Assembly (NCBI GenBank): GCA_965214705.1
Contig: CBDCCI010000002.1
Location: 2,144,001-2,208,000, forward strand
From: Alphaproteobacteria bacterium
Lineage (GTDB): Bacteria; Pseudomonadota; Alphaproteobacteria; UBA828
Direction: 5' to 3'
DNA length: 64,000 bases
This document shows positions 8,189 through 18,060 of the stretch, in pieces (the first letter of the stretch is position 1; each line of letters opens with the position of its first letter). The translations under genes were made by a program, and so were the position numbers. The notes under the pieces were generated by a model. That model was not told where the DNA came from and made no database searches. It saw only the letters and a list, made by a program, of their open reading frames with translations.

Positions 8189-10309
8189 CTAAACCGCGCT
8201 CACCTCCACCAGCGTGTCGGAGAAGGTCGGCGCGTTGCCGTAGTCTGCGAAGGCCGGCGGGTTGATGGCATTCACCGTGCGGCCGTTGGGGCTGCTCTTC
8301 GCCCAATAGCCGAGCGGTGCGACCACCACACCGGGGCTCGCATCCTCGCTGACGTGCGCCACCGCATGGAAAGCGCCTCGATCGTTGAAGACCTGCACCG
8401 CGTTTCCGTCAGCGATGCCGCGGGCGCCCGCGTCGCTCGGATTGATCATCACCATCTGCTCGCCGGCGTGATGAAGCTGGGTATCCATATTGGCGTAGCA
8501 CGAGTTGAGGAAGGCGTGGGCCTTCGGTGAGAGCATGTTGAGCGGATAACGCGCGGCGAGCTCGGGGTTGGTGCGCGCTGACTCGTTCTGCGGAATGAAG
8601 TTTGGCAACGGGTCCAGCGGCTCGCCCGACTGATCGGCGGCATAGCCCTGGCGAAACAGCGGTAGCACCATGTTGCCGGCGGCCTCGGCAACCGACGACT
8701 TGAACTCCATCTTGCCGGAGGGCGTCGGGAAGTTGCCCTCGCGGTGCGGCACGAACTCCTCTGGCGAGCCGACCTTGAGCCGGGCATAGCCGGTCTGGCG
8801 CAGGACATCGAGGTCGATCCCCTCCAGCACCGGGTTGTCCCAGTCCAAGGCATCGAGCGCCATTTGCTCGTCCGACCGATCCCAGAAGGGGTCGTTGAAG
8901 CCCATGGCGCGGGCCAGGCGCCGGAACAGCTCGGTGTTGGATACCGCCTCGCCGAGCGGCGCGATCGCCGGCTCGTTGAGGGTCAGATAGAGGTGCCCCC
9001 ACGAGAACATGAGATCGAACTGCTCCAGCTGCGTGGTGGCGGGCAGCACGATGTCGGCGTAGAGCGCGGTATCAGTGAGGAAGTGCTCGCTCACGACAGT
9101 GAACAAGTCCTCGCGCGAGAGACCCTGCAGCATCTTGTCCTGCTCCGGCGCCACCACGACCGGATTCGAGTTGTAGACGAAGAGCGAATTGACCTTGTGG
9201 TCGAGCTCGCCCGCGAGCGCCGGGCCGAGCCGCCACTGGTTGATCACCGGTGTGCCTTCGCGGATCCAGTCGGGGCGACTGAGATCGTCCCACTTCATCG
9301 GAAACGCCCAAATCGGCATGTGCAGGATGCCGCCGCCGCAATGCCGCCAGGAGCCGACCAGGGCGGGGATGCAGGACATCGCCCGCACGGCGTTGCCGCC
9401 GGAGGCGTTGCGTTCGATCGCCACCCCCATGCGGATCACCGAGGGCTGCGTGGTCGCGAACTCCCGCGCCAGCGTGTGGATGTCGTCCGCCGCAATCCCG
9501 GTGATCTCAGCGACCTTATCCGGCGGGAAGTTCGCTGCGCGCTCGGCCAGTTCGTCGTAGCCGACGGTGTACTTCTCGACGTAGTCGTGATCGACCAGGT
9601 CCTCGGCGATGATCACGTTGATCATACCGAGCGCCAGAGCGGCGTCGGTGCCGGGCTTGATCGGCAGGTGCCAGTCGGCCTGCTTTGCCGTGCGGGTCGC
9701 GACCGGATCGATCACTACCACTTTGGCGCCGCGGCGCTGTGCCTCGGCAATGAAGGGCCAGTGGTGCAGGTTGTTGCTGATGGTGTTGATCGCCCAGAGG
9801 ACGATGTACTTCGAGTAGACGAAACTCTCGGGATCGACCGCGGCGGTCGGCCCGCAGGACATGAAGAAGGCCGTGATCGCGGCAGAGTCGCAGAAGGTCC
9901 GTTCCGAGACCGCAGCGCCGAGCTTGTTGAAGAAGGCATCGCCGGAATTGAGACCGTTCAGGATGCCCTCGGTGCCGAGATAGCTGTAGGGCAGAATTGT
10001 GCTCGGCCCGTCCTTGTCGATGATGTCGTTCCACCGGCGCGAAATTTCCTCAAGCGCGTCGTCCCAGGAAATTTGTTCGAATTCGCCGGCGCCCTTCGCT
10101 CCCGTGCGGCGCAGCGGATGCAGCACGCGATCCTTGCTATAGACCCGATTCTGGTAGTCGTTGACCTTGACGCAGAGACCGCCCTGAGTGAACGGGTGAT
10201 CCGGGTTGCCGCGCACCTGGGTCACCTTGCCGTCCTCGACGGTGGTGAGCATGGCGCACGTGTCTGGGCAATCGTGAGGACAAGCGCTGAAGACGGTGGT
10301 CTCTGCCAT
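8189..10309 (-). CDS. Molybdopterin-dependent oxidoreductase (DMSO reductase superfamily)
   Basis: N-terminal CPHDCPDTC..LC Fe-S motif, ISWDDAL, TDTALYADIVLPA, C-terminal molydopterin dinucleotide-binding domain. Confidence 0.92.
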   Translation of the reverse strand: MAETTVFSACPHDCPDTCAMLTTVEDGKVTQVRGNPDHPFTQGGLCVKVNDYQNRVYSKDRVLHPLRRTGAKGAGEFEQISWDDALEEISRRWNDIIDKDGPSTILPYSYLGTEGILNGLNSGDAFFNKLGAAVSERTFCDSAAITAFFMSCGPTAAVDPESFVYSKYIVLWAINTISNNLHHWPFIAEAQRRGAKVVVIDPVATRTAKQADWHLPIKPGTDAALALGMINVIIAEDLVDHDYVEKYTVGYDELAERAANFPPDKVAEITGIAADDIHTLAREFATTQPSVIRMGVAIERNASGGNAVRAMSCIPALVGSWRHCGGGILHMPIWAFPMKWDDLSRPDWIREGTPVINQWRLGPALAGELDHKVNSLFVYNSNPVVVAPEQDKMLQGLSREDLFTVVSEHFLTDTALYADIVLPATTQLEQFDLMFSWGHLYLTLNEPAIAPLGEAVSNTELFRRLARAMGFNDPFWDRSDEQMALDALDWDNPVLEGIDLDVLRQTGYARLKVGSPEEFVPHREGNFPTPSGKMEFKSSVAEAAGNMVLPLFRQGYAADQSGEPLDPLPNFIPQNESARTNPELAARYPLNMLSPKAHAFLNSCYANMDTQLHHAGEQMVMINPSDAGARGIADGNAVQVFNDRGAFHAVAHVSEDASPGVVVAPLGYWAKSSPNGRTVNAINPPAFADYGNAPTFSDTLVEVSAV

Positions 10310-10411
10310 GTGTCTATCCCCCCTTTTGTGACGAGCATGATATAGGCAAGTCCGCGCGGCTGGCTACGCGCATCGCCGCGCTAACCGGTATCGGAGAGGG
10401 GCGGCGCGCAC

Positions 10412-10924
10412 ATGGCTGACGGAGACGGCGGCAGAGGCATAGACAAGGGTCTCTTCACGATGGCCTTCGGCCGCGACGTGGACTTCCACGATACATATCC
10501 GCAAGTGGTCTACCTCGACCGGCAGACGGGCGGCATCGTCTGGCTCTACGAGACGGACGACAACGCCTACATGGAGGTCGGCATACCCGCCGAGGAGAAT
10601 CGCCAGGAGCGCGAAGCAGTCGACGCTGCGCCGGAGCGTTATCTGGAGATACCCGGCCTCGATCACGACGATCACCATCGGATTCTCAGGCGATTCCTGA
10701 TGTCGGATTGGACCCGCGACAAGGAGCGGAGACAGCGGGCGGAAGACGCCTACAGGGGCTCGATCGGCAAGTGGAAACGGGACGTCAGAGACGAGGCCGC
10801 CGTCGACGCCTTCTATGCGTTCCGGGAAGCGGAAATCGTGGCGATGGCCGAGGAGTTCCTGCGGGAGAACGATATCGAGCCGATCTGGAAGTCGTATGGC
10901 GAAGGGTCGCCCGCTGAGGGATGA
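10412..10924 (+). CDS. UPF0158-like protein
   Basis: YLDRQTGGIV, PERYLEIP, C-terminal AEEFLRENDIEP pattern. Confidence 0.65.
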   Translation: MADGDGGRGIDKGLFTMAFGRDVDFHDTYPQVVYLDRQTGGIVWLYETDDNAYMEVGIPAEENRQEREAVDAAPERYLEIPGLDHDDHHRILRRFLMSDWTRDKERRQRAEDAYRGSIGKWKRDVRDEAAVDAFYAFREAEIVAMAEEFLRENDIEPIWKSYGEGSPAEG

Positions 10925-10956
10925 GGACCGGCGGACGCCCGGTGGAACGCCACAGT

Positions 10957-11772
10957 TTATCCCAGCGACGGACTGCGGCGTTCCAGAAAATCTCTGAGGG
11001 CGCCGGCACACTCCGGCCCGTGCGAATAGGCAACGCCATGGCGAGCGCCGGCAACCACGTGCATCTCGCAATCGGGCATGGCACGCAGTCGCTCGACCTG
11101 CGTCTCGAGTGACACGAATGGGCTGTCGTCGGGCGCGATCAGGAGGGTGGAAACCTGGATGTCGCCAAGCGCCTCCGTGAGATCCACCTGCACCAGCATG
11201 TCGACGAGGTCGACGCAGGCCTGTGGCGCCGAGGCGCGTTGCGTGTCGTGGAACCAGCGCTCCATCGCGGGTCTCAGGCAACCTGCGGGGAAGCGGAGCG
11301 GCATGAGCTTGGCCGACCATTCGTCCATCCCCAGCCCGTGGACATCGTCCCGGAGCGCCTGCGCCCGCCCGATCGTGCCGCCCCGGTGAGCCGCCGAAAC
11401 CATGGTCAGCGTTTGAAGGCGTCCCGGATGATGCGCGGCGAGATGGAGGCCCACGGTGCCGCCCGTCGATTCGCCGACGAAGTGCACCCGCTGCGGCCCG
11501 AGCGCGGCGAGCACGTCGAGAACATCGTCGGCCATCGCGTCGATGGACCAATCGGCGCCCTCCGCCGGGACGAAGGACCGGCCGAAGCCGCGCAGGTCCA
11601 TTCGGATGATCCGATAGCGGTCCGCCAGGATCGGCAGCCACGTGATCCAGATGTCGGAATCGACGGCGAGCCCGTGGAGAAAGAGGATGGTTTCGCGCGG
11701 CTCCTGCCACGGGGGCACGATGTCGCAGAGCTCGTAGTGGATGTCCCCTTCGGAACGTTCCAGCATCGGCAT
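10957..11772 (-). CDS. Alpha/beta fold hydrolase
   Basis: FLHGL, DLRGFGRS, nucleophile elbow GESTGG, C-terminal His (ARHG). Confidence 0.88.
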   Translation of the reverse strand: MPMLERSEGDIHYELCDIVPPWQEPRETILFLHGLAVDSDIWITWLPILADRYRIIRMDLRGFGRSFVPAEGADWSIDAMADDVLDVLAALGPQRVHFVGESTGGTVGLHLAAHHPGRLQTLTMVSAAHRGGTIGRAQALRDDVHGLGMDEWSAKLMPLRFPAGCLRPAMERWFHDTQRASAPQACVDLVDMLVQVDLTEALGDIQVSTLLIAPDDSPFVSLETQVERLRAMPDCEMHVVAGARHGVAYSHGPECAGALRDFLERRSPSLG

Positions 11773-11787
11773 GGCATCGCCTCCGGC

Positions 11788-12102
11788 TCAGGGTTCGACG
11801 AGCGCGTAGATCGCGCCGTCCTCGACGACGAGGTCATAGCTCTGAATGGGCTCGGTGCAGGGCGGCTCCACCGGCTGGCCGGTCTTGATCTCGAAGCAGC
11901 CGCCGTGGAGCGGGCATTCGATGATGTCGCCGTCCATGAAACCCTGGGAGAGCCAGGCCTGGCTATGGGAACACGTGTCGTCGGTGGCGAAGAACGCGCC
12001 GTCCAGGTTGTAGACCGCGACCGGCGGCAGGCCGTCGGTCTCGACCCGCAGGATCTCGCCCGCGTAGACTTCATCGACGCGGCAAAGCAGGATCTTCGCC
12101 AT
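11788..12102 (-). CDS. Rieske [2Fe-2S] ferredoxin (dioxygenase ferredoxin type)
   Basis: DTCSH...IECPLHGG.F..KTG motifs. Confidence 0.92.
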   Translation of the reverse strand: MAKILLCRVDEVYAGEILRVETDGLPPVAVYNLDGAFFATDDTCSHSQAWLSQGFMDGDIIECPLHGGCFEIKTGQPVEPPCTEPIQSYDLVVEDGAIYALVEP

Positions 12103-12435
12103 CTTCCGCGTATCTTCCGGCCTGGCGTTATGTTGCGGCCCCAGCGCATGTTCCGGCGCCGGGTCGTGTCCGGGCGATGGAGTGTCTGAATTCTGCGATC
12201 GGTTGACAAGCGAGCGACGCGCTGGCGTTGCGCGGCTTCAGGCCGGGCGCTACAGTCGCCGCGCCGATGCGGCCTTAGCGGGCCGAGTGACCGCCCGAAC
12301 GACGGAACGGTCGGTCCCCGTCGGCGACGGCCGAGGCGCCGTGGAGGTGCGGGAGCGCTCGCTCCAGTCGGAACCAGCCTCATGCACGCAAGTTAAGGAA
12401 GAGGCGCGAGCCCCGCAGGGGCCGCGACGCGCGAC

Positions 12436-13239
12436 GTGTGGCATGGAAGTGGCAACCGGCGGCGGCGGCGATCCTCGGTGCTTCGGGCGGCATGGCTAGT
12501 GCTCGCCGCGCTCTCCGCCTGCTGCTGGGCGGGGCCGGCGGCAGCCGAGCGGGTGATCGTGCTCGCGGCCGCGAGTGCCGCACACGTGATCGACGAGGTG
12601 ATCGAACGTTTCGAGGCGGGTCCCGACTACAGTGTCGTGGCCTCCTATGCGGGCACCTCCGCGCTCGCACGCCAGATCGAGAGCGGTGCGCCCGCCGATA
12701 TCTTCCTCGCCGCCAACGCGGCCTGGATGGACCATGTGGAGGCGCAAGGCCTGATCGAGCCCGGTAGCCGGCGCGTGCTCGCCGGCAATCGGCTGGTGTT
12801 CGTCACCGGTCTCAGCGACGTGGCGCCCTTCGAGCCCTCCGCGGCACTCGATCTTCCCGCATTGCTGGACGGCGGGCGGCTCGCCATCGGCAACCCCGAC
12901 CACGTGCCGGCTGGCATTTACGCACGCCGGGCGCTGGAAGCGCTCGGTCTATGGCCCGACCTGCAGAGCCAACTCGCGCCGGCGGCCGACGTGCGTGCGG
13001 CGCTCGCGCTGGTAGCGCGTGGCGAGGCGCCGCTCGGCATCGTCTACGCCACCGATGCCGCCCTCGTCGAAGGGGTGCATGTGGTGGGGACGATCCCGGC
13101 CGCGCTGCATGAGCCCATCGTGTATCCGGTCGCCTTGATCGAAGGTCGCGACACGCCGCTCGCGACGCGCTTCTTCGAATTCCTCACTGGACCCGAGGGC
13201 CGGGCGGCCTTCGCCCGCGCCGGCTTCCTCGTCGACTGA
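12436..13239 (+). CDS. modA: Molybdate ABC transporter substrate-binding protein
   Basis: AAAS, SALARQIESGAPADIFLAAN, GNPDHVPAGIYA, DVRAAL..V.RGEAPLGIVYATDA; exact start uncertain. Confidence 0.92.
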   Translation: MWHGSGNRRRRRSSVLRAAWLVLAALSACCWAGPAAAERVIVLAAASAAHVIDEVIERFEAGPDYSVVASYAGTSALARQIESGAPADIFLAANAAWMDHVEAQGLIEPGSRRVLAGNRLVFVTGLSDVAPFEPSAALDLPALLDGGRLAIGNPDHVPAGIYARRALEALGLWPDLQSQLAPAADVRAALALVARGEAPLGIVYATDAALVEGVHVVGTIPAALHEPIVYPVALIEGRDTPLATRFFEFLTGPEGRAAFARAGFLVD

Positions 13240-13251
13240 GAGACCGGACGG

Positions 13252-13941
13252 ATGGCGCTCACGCCGCTGGAGGTCGAAGCGATCCAACTCAGCCTGCGGG
13301 TGGCGGGCTGGGCGGTTCTGATCAGCCTGCCGCTCGGCATCGCCGTCGCCTGGCTGCTGTCGCGCTATCGCTTCCCCGGCCGGGAGTTCCTCAACGGAGT
13401 GGTTCACCTGCCGTTGGTGCTGCCGCCGGTGGTGGTGGGCTTCGTGCTGCTGTTGCTGCTCGGCAGGCGGGGACCGCTCGGCGCATGGCTCGACGACTGG
13501 TTCGGCATCACCCTCGCCTTCACCTGGCAGGGCGCGGCGGTGGCCTCGGCCGTGGTCTCCTTCCCGCTCATGGTGCGCGCGATCCGCCTCTCCATCGAGG
13601 GCATGGACCGGCGGCTGGAGACCGCCGCGCGCACGCTCGGCGCCCCGCCCGTCTGGGTGTTCGTGACCATAAGCCTGCCGCTCATCGCGCCCGGCGTGCT
13701 CACCGGCGTCATCCTCGCCTTCGCCCGTTGCCTGGGCGAGTTCGGCGCGACCATCACCTTCGTCTCCAACATCCCCGGCGAGACCCGGACCCTGCCGCTC
13801 GCGCTCTACACCTACACGCAGGTGCCGGGCGGCCTCGACGGCGCCTTCCGCCTTATGGTGATCGCCATCGTCATCGCCTTCGCCGCGCTGATCGGCTCCG
13901 AGTTCTTGGCGCGCATCGTCAAGCACCGGCTGGAGGGGTAA
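13252..13941 (+). CDS. modB: Molybdate ABC transporter permease
   Basis: HLPLVLPPVVVG, FPLMVRAIRLS, FARCLGEFGATITF..NIPGETRTLP. Confidence 0.95.
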   Translation: MALTPLEVEAIQLSLRVAGWAVLISLPLGIAVAWLLSRYRFPGREFLNGVVHLPLVLPPVVVGFVLLLLLGRRGPLGAWLDDWFGITLAFTWQGAAVASAVVSFPLMVRAIRLSIEGMDRRLETAARTLGAPPVWVFVTISLPLIAPGVLTGVILAFARCLGEFGATITFVSNIPGETRTLPLALYTYTQVPGGLDGAFRLMVIAIVIAFAALIGSEFLARIVKHRLEG

Positions 13942-15044
13942 TGCTGACGGTCCAGGCCCGACTCACCCGCGGCGAGTTCACGCTTGATGCGTCCTTCGGC
14001 GCAGAGGCCGACGGCGTGGTGGCGCTGTTCGGTGTCTCGGGCGCCGGCAAGACCACGCTGGCCGATGCCATCGCGGGTCTCGTGCGGCCCGAGGCGGGGC
14101 GGATCGCGCTCGAAGACCGCGTGCTCTTCGATGCGGAGGCCGGGATCAACCTCAAGCCGGAACGCCGCCGGATCGGCTACGTGTTTCAGGACGGGCGCCT
14201 CTTCCCCCACCTCAGCGTGCGCCGCAACCTGCTCTACGGGCTCCGCTTCGCGCCGCGCGACCGGCGCTACGCGACGCTGGAGAGGATCGTGACACTGCTC
14301 GGCCTGGAGGCGCTGCTGCAGCGCCGGCCCGGCACCCTCTCGGGCGGCGAGCGTCAGCGCGTGGCGCTCGGGCGCGCGCTCATGGCACAGCCCGAGCTGC
14401 TGCTCATGGACGAGCCACTGGCCGCGCTTGACTTGCCGCGCAAGGCGCAAGTCATCGACTACATCGAGCGGCTGCGCGACGAGATCGGCGTGCCCATTGT
14501 CTTCGTCAGCCACGCGGTGGACGAGGTCGCGCGCCTCGCCGGAACGATCGTGGTCATGGCGGGCGGCAGGGTCGCCGCCGCGGGCCCCGCCGCAGAGGTC
14601 ATGGCGCGGCTCGACCTCGACCCGCTCGCCGGGATCGAGGCCGCCGGCGCGGTGCTGGACGCGACAGTGCAGCGCCACGACGCGGCCTATGGGCTCACAG
14701 AGCTCGCGGTGCCGGGCGGCATCCTCCGCGTGCCGCGCCTCAGGCTTGCGCCGGGACGGCGGCTCAGGGTCCGCGTGCGGGCGCGGGACGTGTCACTCGC
14801 GACCGCCGAGCCGCGCGAGACCAGCGTCCTCAACGTCTTCCGCGGCCGGGTCGTGGAGATCGGCCCGCGCCGCGGCGCCTCGGTCGACGTGGCGGTCGAT
14901 ATCGGCGCCCGTCTGACGGCGCGGATCACGGCGCGATCGGCCGATGCGCTGGGCCTTGCCCCCGGCTCCGAAGTCTATGCGCTGGTCAAGAGCGTCGCGG
15001 TCGATCCGGCGTCGCTGGTGCAGACCGAACAGAACGACGCCTGA
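13941..15044 (+). CDS. modC: Molybdate ABC transporter ATPase with TOBE domain
   Basis: GVSGAGKTT, LSGGERQR, MDEP, C-terminal TOBE (VYALVKSV); ATG overlaps the modB stop. Confidence 0.95.
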   Translation: MLTVQARLTRGEFTLDASFGAEADGVVALFGVSGAGKTTLADAIAGLVRPEAGRIALEDRVLFDAEAGINLKPERRRIGYVFQDGRLFPHLSVRRNLLYGLRFAPRDRRYATLERIVTLLGLEALLQRRPGTLSGGERQRVALGRALMAQPELLLMDEPLAALDLPRKAQVIDYIERLRDEIGVPIVFVSHAVDEVARLAGTIVVMAGGRVAAAGPAAEVMARLDLDPLAGIEAAGAVLDATVQRHDAAYGLTELAVPGGILRVPRLRLAPGRRLRVRVRARDVSLATAEPRETSVLNVFRGRVVEIGPRRGASVDVAVDIGARLTARITARSADALGLAPGSEVYALVKSVAVDPASLVQTEQNDA

Positions 15045-15144
15045 AGCTGCGCGGCAACGCGAGAAGCCGGCGCGCCTGTTGCCGTCGCCGATTTGTTCCC
15101 CTTACCATCCCGAGGCGGGGCAATTGCCAGACTGGGAGGGCAAC

Positions 15145-15651
15145 ATGAGAGCCAGCAGAGGACTTGCCGTGGCGGCAGCAGCCATGATGGGCGTTCTATG
15201 CGCAGCCCCGAGTACGTTCGCGCAGGAGAGCGGCAGCTTCAGCGCGATCGCAACCTATGTTCGCGACTTCACCTCCATAGAGCACGCCGACGGCGCGTAT
15301 TTCGGCGGCAGGCTGGAGGGCACCATCACCACCCTCGCAAGCAGCGGCGAGCCCTTCGTCGAGGGCGGGCACAGCCTGTCGACGTGCGTGATCTTCGGCA
15401 AACGCTCGGCTGCCGGGCTCGATCTTCAGACCGCGTGCACGTCCACCAACCCCTCCGGCGACACGCTCTATCTCACAGCCGAGAGGCGCGCAGGCGACGT
15501 GGATGCAGGTGGCGGCGGGCAGGGTCAGCTGGAGCTGGCAGGCGGCACCGGTGTCTATGCCGGGATGGCAGGAAGCTGTGCCTACGAGACCAGCTATCTG
15601 GCGAACAATCAGGTCGTCACGACCACGGATTGCACCTGGCACAGGGATTGA
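15145..15651 (+). CDS. Secreted hypothetical beta-barrel protein
   Basis: RBS GGAGG, signal peptide ending AFA/TFA-QE, GDTLY and GGTGVYAGMAG motifs reminiscent of dirigent/AOC-like barrels. Confidence 0.6.
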   Translation: MRASRGLAVAAAAMMGVLCAAPSTFAQESGSFSAIATYVRDFTSIEHADGAYFGGRLEGTITTLASSGEPFVEGGHSLSTCVIFGKRSAAGLDLQTACTSTNPSGDTLYLTAERRAGDVDAGGGGQGQLELAGGTGVYAGMAGSCAYETSYLANNQVVTTTDCTWHRD

Positions 15652-15744
15652 TCGTCGCGAGACAGCGCAGCCGCGCGCGGGCTTGCGCAGGGCCCGCCAA
15701 CCTGCAACGCTTCGCCGCGGCTATTCCTTGCAGTGGAGGTGGCT

Positions 15745-16026
15745 ATGGGCGCGGCAACGCCGACCGTGCTAATCGACAACGACCGCGTGCGCGTCACCGA
15801 GTGGCGATTCAAGCCCGGCGAGGCGACGGGTTGGCACCGGCACGAATACGACTACGTGGTGGTGCCGGTAACGACCGGACACCTCCACCTCGTGGAGCCC
15901 GACGGCGAGCGCACAGTCCAAATCGTCCACGGCTCGCCCTATTACCGGGATGAAGGGGTCGAGCACGACGTCATCAACCCGAGCGACACCGACGACGTGG
16001 TCTTCGTCGAAGTCGAGGTGAAGTAG
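15745..16026 (+). CDS. Cupin domain protein
   Basis: TGWHRHEYDY and GVEHDVIN cupin motifs; RBS GGAGG. Confidence 0.88.
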   Translation: MGAATPTVLIDNDRVRVTEWRFKPGEATGWHRHEYDYVVVPVTTGHLHLVEPDGERTVQIVHGSPYYRDEGVEHDVINPSDTDDVVFVEVEVK

Positions 16027-16047
16027 GGCGTCCCGGCGCGGGGCATA

Positions 16048-16080
16048 GAGTCAACGAACCGTCACATATCCGTATTATTT
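16048..16080 (+). promoter_or_regulatory. Putative Pho box (three 11-bp phased half-sites) upstream of pstS
   Basis: GAGTCAACGAA CCGTCACATAT CCGTATTATTT resembles CTGTCATAWAW repeats at 11-bp spacing. Confidence 0.6.
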
Positions 16081-16179
16081 CCATCTTCGCCCGGCGTTAG
16101 GGTTTGCCTGCCATCCCGGGCGGCCGCGCCGGCGCGCGGTCACGACCGTCGGGATGAGAGCGAACCCGGAGGAAGCGCC

Positions 16180-17226
16180 GTGACCAAGACACCCCTCGCC
16201 ATCGCCGCGGCGGCAGCTCTTGCGCTGACCGCGTCAGTGGCGCTGACCAACGCCGCGGAGGCCCGCGACCAGATCAGGATCGTAGGCTCTTCGACCGTAT
16301 TCCCCTTCGCCACCGCCGTCGCCGAAGAGTTCGGCAAGACCACGGGGAACAAGACCCCGGTGGTCGAGAGCACCGGCTCGGGCGGCGGGCTCAAGCTCTT
16401 CTGCGCCGGCGTCGGCGTCGCTCACCCCGACATCACCAACGCCTCGCGCCGGATCAAGACCTCGGAGGTCGAGCGCTGCGCCTCGAACGGCGTGACCGAC
16501 ATCACCGAGGTCAAGATCGGCTACGACGGCATCGTGCTCGCCAACTCGAAGTCGGCGGAGCGGTTCTCGATCACCCTGCAGCAGCTCTTCCTCGCGCTGG
16601 CGAAGGACGTGCCCTCCGACGGAGGCATGGTGCCCAATCCCAACCAGACCTGGAGCGACATCGACGCCTCCCTGCCGGGGGCGAAGATCGAGGTGCTCGG
16701 CCCGCCGCCGACCTCCGGCACGCGGGACGCCTTCGTCGAGCTCGCCATGGAGGGCGGCTGCAAGACCTTCCCCGGCATCAAGGCGCTCAAAAAAGAAGAC
16801 AAGAGCGCCTACAAGGTCATCTGCCATTCAATTCGTGAGGATGGCGCCTTCGTCGAGGCGGGCGAGAACGACAACCTCATCGTTCAGAAGCTCGAAGCCA
16901 ATCCCTCGGCGCTCGGGATCTTCGGCTACAGCTTCCTCGACCAGAACCGCGACAAGGTTCGCGGCAGCATCATCGACGGCGTCGAGCCCGACTTCGACAC
17001 CATCGCCGACGGCGACTATCCGGTCTCCCGCTCCATGTACTTCTACGTGAAGAAGGCGCACGTGGGCGTGATCCCCGGAATCGACGAGTACGTCGCGACG
17101 TTCACCGACGAGGATGCCTGGGGTCCCTACGGCTACCTCGCCGACAAGGGACTGATCCCGCTCCCCGATGCGGATCGCGAGGCGATGCGCACCCAGGCCA
17201 CCACCTTTGCTCAGCTCTCCATGTAA
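16180..17226 (+). CDS. pstS: Phosphate ABC transporter substrate-binding protein
   Basis: RDQIRIVGSSTVFPF, ESTGSGGG, NASR, GPPPTSGTRDAF, YPVSRSMYFYVK. Confidence 0.95.
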   Translation: MTKTPLAIAAAAALALTASVALTNAAEARDQIRIVGSSTVFPFATAVAEEFGKTTGNKTPVVESTGSGGGLKLFCAGVGVAHPDITNASRRIKTSEVERCASNGVTDITEVKIGYDGIVLANSKSAERFSITLQQLFLALAKDVPSDGGMVPNPNQTWSDIDASLPGAKIEVLGPPPTSGTRDAFVELAMEGGCKTFPGIKALKKEDKSAYKVICHSIREDGAFVEAGENDNLIVQKLEANPSALGIFGYSFLDQNRDKVRGSIIDGVEPDFDTIADGDYPVSRSMYFYVKKAHVGVIPGIDEYVATFTDEDAWGPYGYLADKGLIPLPDADREAMRTQATTFAQLSM

Positions 17227-17261
17227 CGGGGCTCGCCACAAGACCCTGAAATAATGCTACA

Positions 17262-17298
17262 GCGGCGCCCGTTCCTCACCGGGAGCGGGCGCCGTTTT
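17262..17298 (+). terminator. Intrinsic terminator-like hairpin after pstS
   Basis: GCGGCGCCCGTTCC-loop-GGGAGCGGGCGCCGT followed by TTT. Confidence 0.65.
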
Positions 17299-17354
17299 CA
17301 ACCAGCGCCGCAAGACAATAGCCAACCGCAGGGAGAGCGACAGGAGCATGCGCG

Positions 17355-18044
17355 ATGACGGATAGCCCGCTCATCCTCGTGATCGAAGACGAAACCTCGC
17401 TGACAACCCTGCTCCGTTACAATCTCGAGAGTCACCGGTTCCGCGTCGCTTCGATCGAGAACGGCGGCGACGCGATGGGCACGATCGCTTCGATAAAGCC
17501 CGATCTGGTACTGCTCGACTGGATGCTGCCCGGAGTCTCCGGAATAGAGATTTGCCGCAAGATCCGGCGCGATCCGGAGACTCACAGCCTGCCGGTCATC
17601 CTGCTCACCGCGCGCGGCGAGGAAAGCGACCGCGTCCGCGGCCTCGACTGTGGTGCCGACGACTACGTGGTCAAGCCATTCGCAATTTCGGAACTCATCG
17701 CACGCATTGGCGCGGTGCTGCGCCGGGCAGCGCCGACGAACGCCGCCCAATCACTCGCCAGCAGCGACATCACAATGGACCTCGCCAGCCATCGCGTCAG
17801 CCGCAACGGGCGCTCGATCCACCTGGGGCCGACCGAATACCGCCTGCTGCGTCACTTCATGGAGCATCCCGGTCGGGTGCTCTCCCGCGACCATCTGCTC
17901 GAAGCGGTATGGGGGCGCGCGGTGCATATCGAGCAACGCACCGTGGACGTGCACGTTCGCCGTCTGCGCCAGGCGCTTAACCGCGACGGCGAAGATGACG
18001 TGATCCGGACAGTGCGCGCGGCAGGCTACGCCTTCTCCGGTTGA
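17355..18044 (+). CDS. phoB: Phosphate regulon response regulator
   Basis: LLDWMLPGVSGIEICR, LTARGEESDRVRGL, HLGPTEYRLL, RTVDVHVRRLR, IRTVRAAGY. Confidence 0.9.
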   Translation: MTDSPLILVIEDETSLTTLLRYNLESHRFRVASIENGGDAMGTIASIKPDLVLLDWMLPGVSGIEICRKIRRDPETHSLPVILLTARGEESDRVRGLDCGADDYVVKPFAISELIARIGAVLRRAAPTNAAQSLASSDITMDLASHRVSRNGRSIHLGPTEYRLLRHFMEHPGRVLSRDHLLEAVWGRAVHIEQRTVDVHVRRLRQALNRDGEDDVIRTVRAAGYAFSG

Positions 18045-18060
18045 TCGAAGCGCCGCTCTA

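Noticed and set aside
12103-12435. Moco riboswitch or ModE box upstream of modA
   Set aside because: GC-rich hairpins are present but I could not match either consensus
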